32,000 nucleotides of DNA from Longivirga aurantiaca (lineage in GTDB: Bacteria; Actinomycetota; Actinomycetes; S36-B12; CAIYMF01), in contig NZ_JBHSTI010000008.1 of the NCBI RefSeq assembly GCF_042660085.1, positions 510,001 to 542,000 of the forward strand. The letters are read 5' to 3'. The translations under genes were made by a program, and so were the position numbers. How positions within the stretch are numbered: the first letter of the stretch is position 1; every line of letters begins with the position of its first letter. Positions 30,110 to 32,000 of the stretch are shown here, one piece after another. The notes under the pieces are model-generated. The model did no database searches. It saw only the letters and a program-made list of their open reading frames with translations, and had not been told where the DNA came from.

Positions 30110-31366
30110 ATGAGCGGCTCCATCACGCCGACGGCGCCTGCCCCGTACGAGCAGGGGCCGTCGGTCGGCACCACACCTTCAGCAGCCCCGCGCCACCGCG
30201 GTCGCCGGGCCCTGGTCGTCCTCGCAGCCACCCTCGCCGTGCTGCTGGGGATCTTCTACCTCGGGGGAGGCTGGTACTTCTCCAGCCAGATCGAGTCGGG
30301 TGCGCTCGCGAGCACACCGGGTCCGATGGCCCCGTCGTACAACCTGACCGTGACGGTGGTCGAGCCGGGCTCGGTCACCTACCGGTCCTCCGGCGACCTC
30401 TCGCCGTCCTTCGAGCAGGCCTCGAGCTATGCGCTGCTCTGGGAGGGCGGCTGGGCGCACGTCGGTCCGCCGACGGACGTCGTCGACGGCGCGGTCACGC
30501 GCCCGATGAGCGACGTCACCGGTACGCCGCCCGAGGCGGGCACCCCGGCCGCGCTCGAGCGCGACTGGTACATCGGCGACCCCCAGACGGCGCTCGGCTA
30601 TGCGTTCGAGGACGTCGTGGTGACGAGCGTCCACGGCCAGCTCCCCGCGTGGTACGTGCCGGCGGCAGAGGCGTCCACCTGGACAGCCGTGATGGTGCAC
30701 GGACGCGACGGGTTCCGCCGCGAGACCCTCCGGGCGGCCGAGATCGCGCACAAGGCCGGGTACAACGTGCTCGCCATCACCTATCTCGGCGACTACGGGA
30801 ACATGCCGTACGCCGACGGTCATCTCGGCTTCGGCACCACCGAGTGGCCGGACGTCGAGGCCGCTGTGCAGTGGGCCGTCGCGCGCGGCACGACGGACGT
30901 GGTCCTGGTGGGCAACTCCATGGGTACCACCGTCATCTCCGCCTTCCTGCGCGAGTCCGAACGCGCGTCGCTGGTTCGCGGCATGGTGCTCGACTCGGCG
31001 GCGATCGACCTGGCGCAGACGGTCGAGGCCGGTGCGGCCCAGGTGTCGCTGCCGGTCCTCGGTGCTCCACCGTCGAGCCTCGTCGCGGTCGCGGAGTGGT
31101 TCGCGCAGCTCAGGTTCGGCGTGGACTGGGACTACCTCGACTACGCCGACGACGCGATGTGGGACACGGTTCCGACGCTCGCGCTGCACGGGTCGGAGGA
31201 TCCGACCGTCACCGTTCAGGTGAGTCGCGACTTCGCCGCCATGCACCCGGAAACCGTTCAGTACGAGGAGTTCCCGGGCGCTCAGCACGTGGAGTCGTGG
31301 AACACCGATCGTGCGCGCTACGAAGCCGTGCTGTCCGCGTTCCTCACGGAGGTCCGGACCGGCTGA
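30110..31366 (+). CDS. Membrane-anchored alpha/beta hydrolase (LipV-like by context)
   Basis: C-terminal 418 aa of track ORF 29840..31366. ATG 30110 with GGAGG 5 nt upstream. It has an N-terminal TM helix (ALVVLAATLAVLLGIFYLGGGWYF), the nucleophile elbow GNSMG, and later LHGSEDPTV and QH(V)ES, candidates for the Asp/His of the triad. Confidence 0.85.
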   Translation: MSGSITPTAPAPYEQGPSVGTTPSAAPRHRGRRALVVLAATLAVLLGIFYLGGGWYFSSQIESGALASTPGPMAPSYNLTVTVVEPGSVTYRSSGDLSPSFEQASSYALLWEGGWAHVGPPTDVVDGAVTRPMSDVTGTPPEAGTPAALERDWYIGDPQTALGYAFEDVVVTSVHGQLPAWYVPAAEASTWTAVMVHGRDGFRRETLRAAEIAHKAGYNVLAITYLGDYGNMPYADGHLGFGTTEWPDVEAAVQWAVARGTTDVVLVGNSMGTTVISAFLRESERASLVRGMVLDSAAIDLAQTVEAGAAQVSLPVLGAPPSSLVAVAEWFAQLRFGVDWDYLDYADDAMWDTVPTLALHGSEDPTVTVQVSRDFAAMHPETVQYEEFPGAQHVESWNTDRARYEAVLSAFLTEVRTG

Positions 31367-31391
31367 CTGGTCCTCCGACGCGCAGGCGCTG

Positions 31392-31423
31392 CCGGGCCGG
31401 CCAGCAGGACTGCTGCCGGCCCG
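31392..31423 (+). terminator. Stem-loop after the alpha/beta hydrolase gene
   Basis: CCGGGCCGGC(C)AGCAG - ga - CTGCTGCCGGCCCG, a ~14-bp stem with one bulged C, located 26 nt after the stop at 31366. Confidence 0.55.
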
Positions 31424-31486
31424 ACCGCGCCGTCCGGGGGCACGAGGACCGGGACCGGCGAGCGGGTGGGCTAGCCTCGCGGCGTC

Positions 31487-32000
31487 ATGGATGCCGTCCT
31501 CGTCGCTGCTGCCGTCGTCACCCCTGAGCGCGTGCTGCGCCCCGGGTGGGTGCGCGTCGTCGGCGACCGCATCGATGGCGTGGGGGAGGGACCGCCGCTC
31601 GGCGGGGGCGTGACCGACCTCGGCGACTCGATCCTCGTCGCAGGCCTGGTCGACGTGCACTGCCACGGTGGCGGCGGGGAGTCGTTCGGCGCTGACGCCG
31701 AGGCCTCGGCCGGTGCGGCCGCAGCGCACCTGGCGCACGGCACGACCTCGGTGGTCGCCTCCCTCGTGAGCGGTCCGCAGGACCGCATGCTGCGCGAGAT
31801 CGCCTCTCTCGCAAGCCTTGTCGAGGACGGAGTGATAGCGGGCGTGCACCTCGAGGGGCCGTGGCTCTCGCACGCGCAGTGCGGCGCCCACGACCCGTCG
31901 CAGCTGCGCGCACCCTCTCCTGGCGAGGTGCGGGCGCTCCTCGCCAACCCCGTCGTGCGGATGGTGACGCTCGCCCCCGAGCTCGACGGCGCGCTCGACG
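31487..32000 (+). CDS. nagA: N-acetylglucosamine-6-phosphate deacetylase, 5' part (runs off the right edge)
   Basis: Open frame from ATG 31487: MDAVLVAAAVVTPERVLRPGWVRVVGDRIDGV...GLVDVHCHGGGG...GVHLEGPWLSHAQCGAHDP...VRMVTLAPELDGA. This is colinear with my recollection of E. coli NagA (GFIDVQLNGCGG, GLHLEGPWLN, VTLAPE). Confidence 0.87.
   Translation, partial: MDAVLVAAAVVTPERVLRPGWVRVVGDRIDGVGEGPPLGGGVTDLGDSILVAGLVDVHCHGGGGESFGADAEASAGAAAAHLAHGTTSVVASLVSGPQDRMLREIASLASLVEDGVIAGVHLEGPWLSHAQCGAHDPSQLRAPSPGEVRALLANPVVRMVTLAPELDGALD

Noticed and set aside
1-32000. Scan for tRNA/rRNA genes, CRISPR arrays, transposases/integrases, toxin-antitoxin pairs and phage-defence genes
   Set aside because: I saw no cloverleaf-like or rRNA-like conserved stretches, no regularly spaced direct repeats, and no ORF with DDE/tyrosine-recombinase or defence-system motifs. 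The only repeat family found is the 97-bp inverted pair reported above.

Overview
High-GC (roughly 70%+) actinobacterial chromosomal window. Coding regions were called from conserved motifs, third-position GC bias and SD-like sites, with no database searches. The long Arg/Gly/Pro-rich ORFs in the track are mostly shadow frames of the real genes.

Gene order, left to right:
- Minus-strand ABC export-type operon: a 1028-aa double-FtsX permease followed by two different ATPase genes.
- DUF6328-like membrane protein.
- Unlisted 47-codon Cys/His small ORF, then an MBL-fold hydrolase.
- DoxX-like membrane protein, a hypothetical protein, and a DUF389 membrane protein.
- ECF-type sigma factor with a coupled membrane partner.
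- Orphan ahpD-like gene.
- moeZ, followed by a strong terminator.
- Small 4Fe-4S/CDGSH iron-sulfur gene bracketed by two inverted 97-bp repeat copies.
- ~830-aa membrane protein ending in a flippase-like (LPG_synthase_TM-type) domain.
- Alkyltransferase-like (PWHR) gene translationally coupled to adnA-adnB.
- Second flippase-like protein, an EEP-family phosphoesterase, an acyltransferase-3 protein, and an M20 peptidase.
- nudC, an AraC-VOC pair, an alpha/beta hydrolase, and the 5' part of nagA.

From memory, the moeZ / MGMT-like / adnA / adnB / nudC / lipV-like backbone resembles the M. tuberculosis Rv3206c-Rv3199c neighbourhood. I found no tRNA, rRNA, CRISPR array, transposase or integrase.

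Most unusual observations:
- The inverted 97-bp structured repeats bracketing the Fe-S gene.
- The ABC ATPase with a SpoVT/AbrB-like C-terminal tail.
- The atl-adnAB coupling.
- The membrane protein with an apparent degenerate kinase-like central domain.

None of these amounts to a demonstrated new system from sequence alone.
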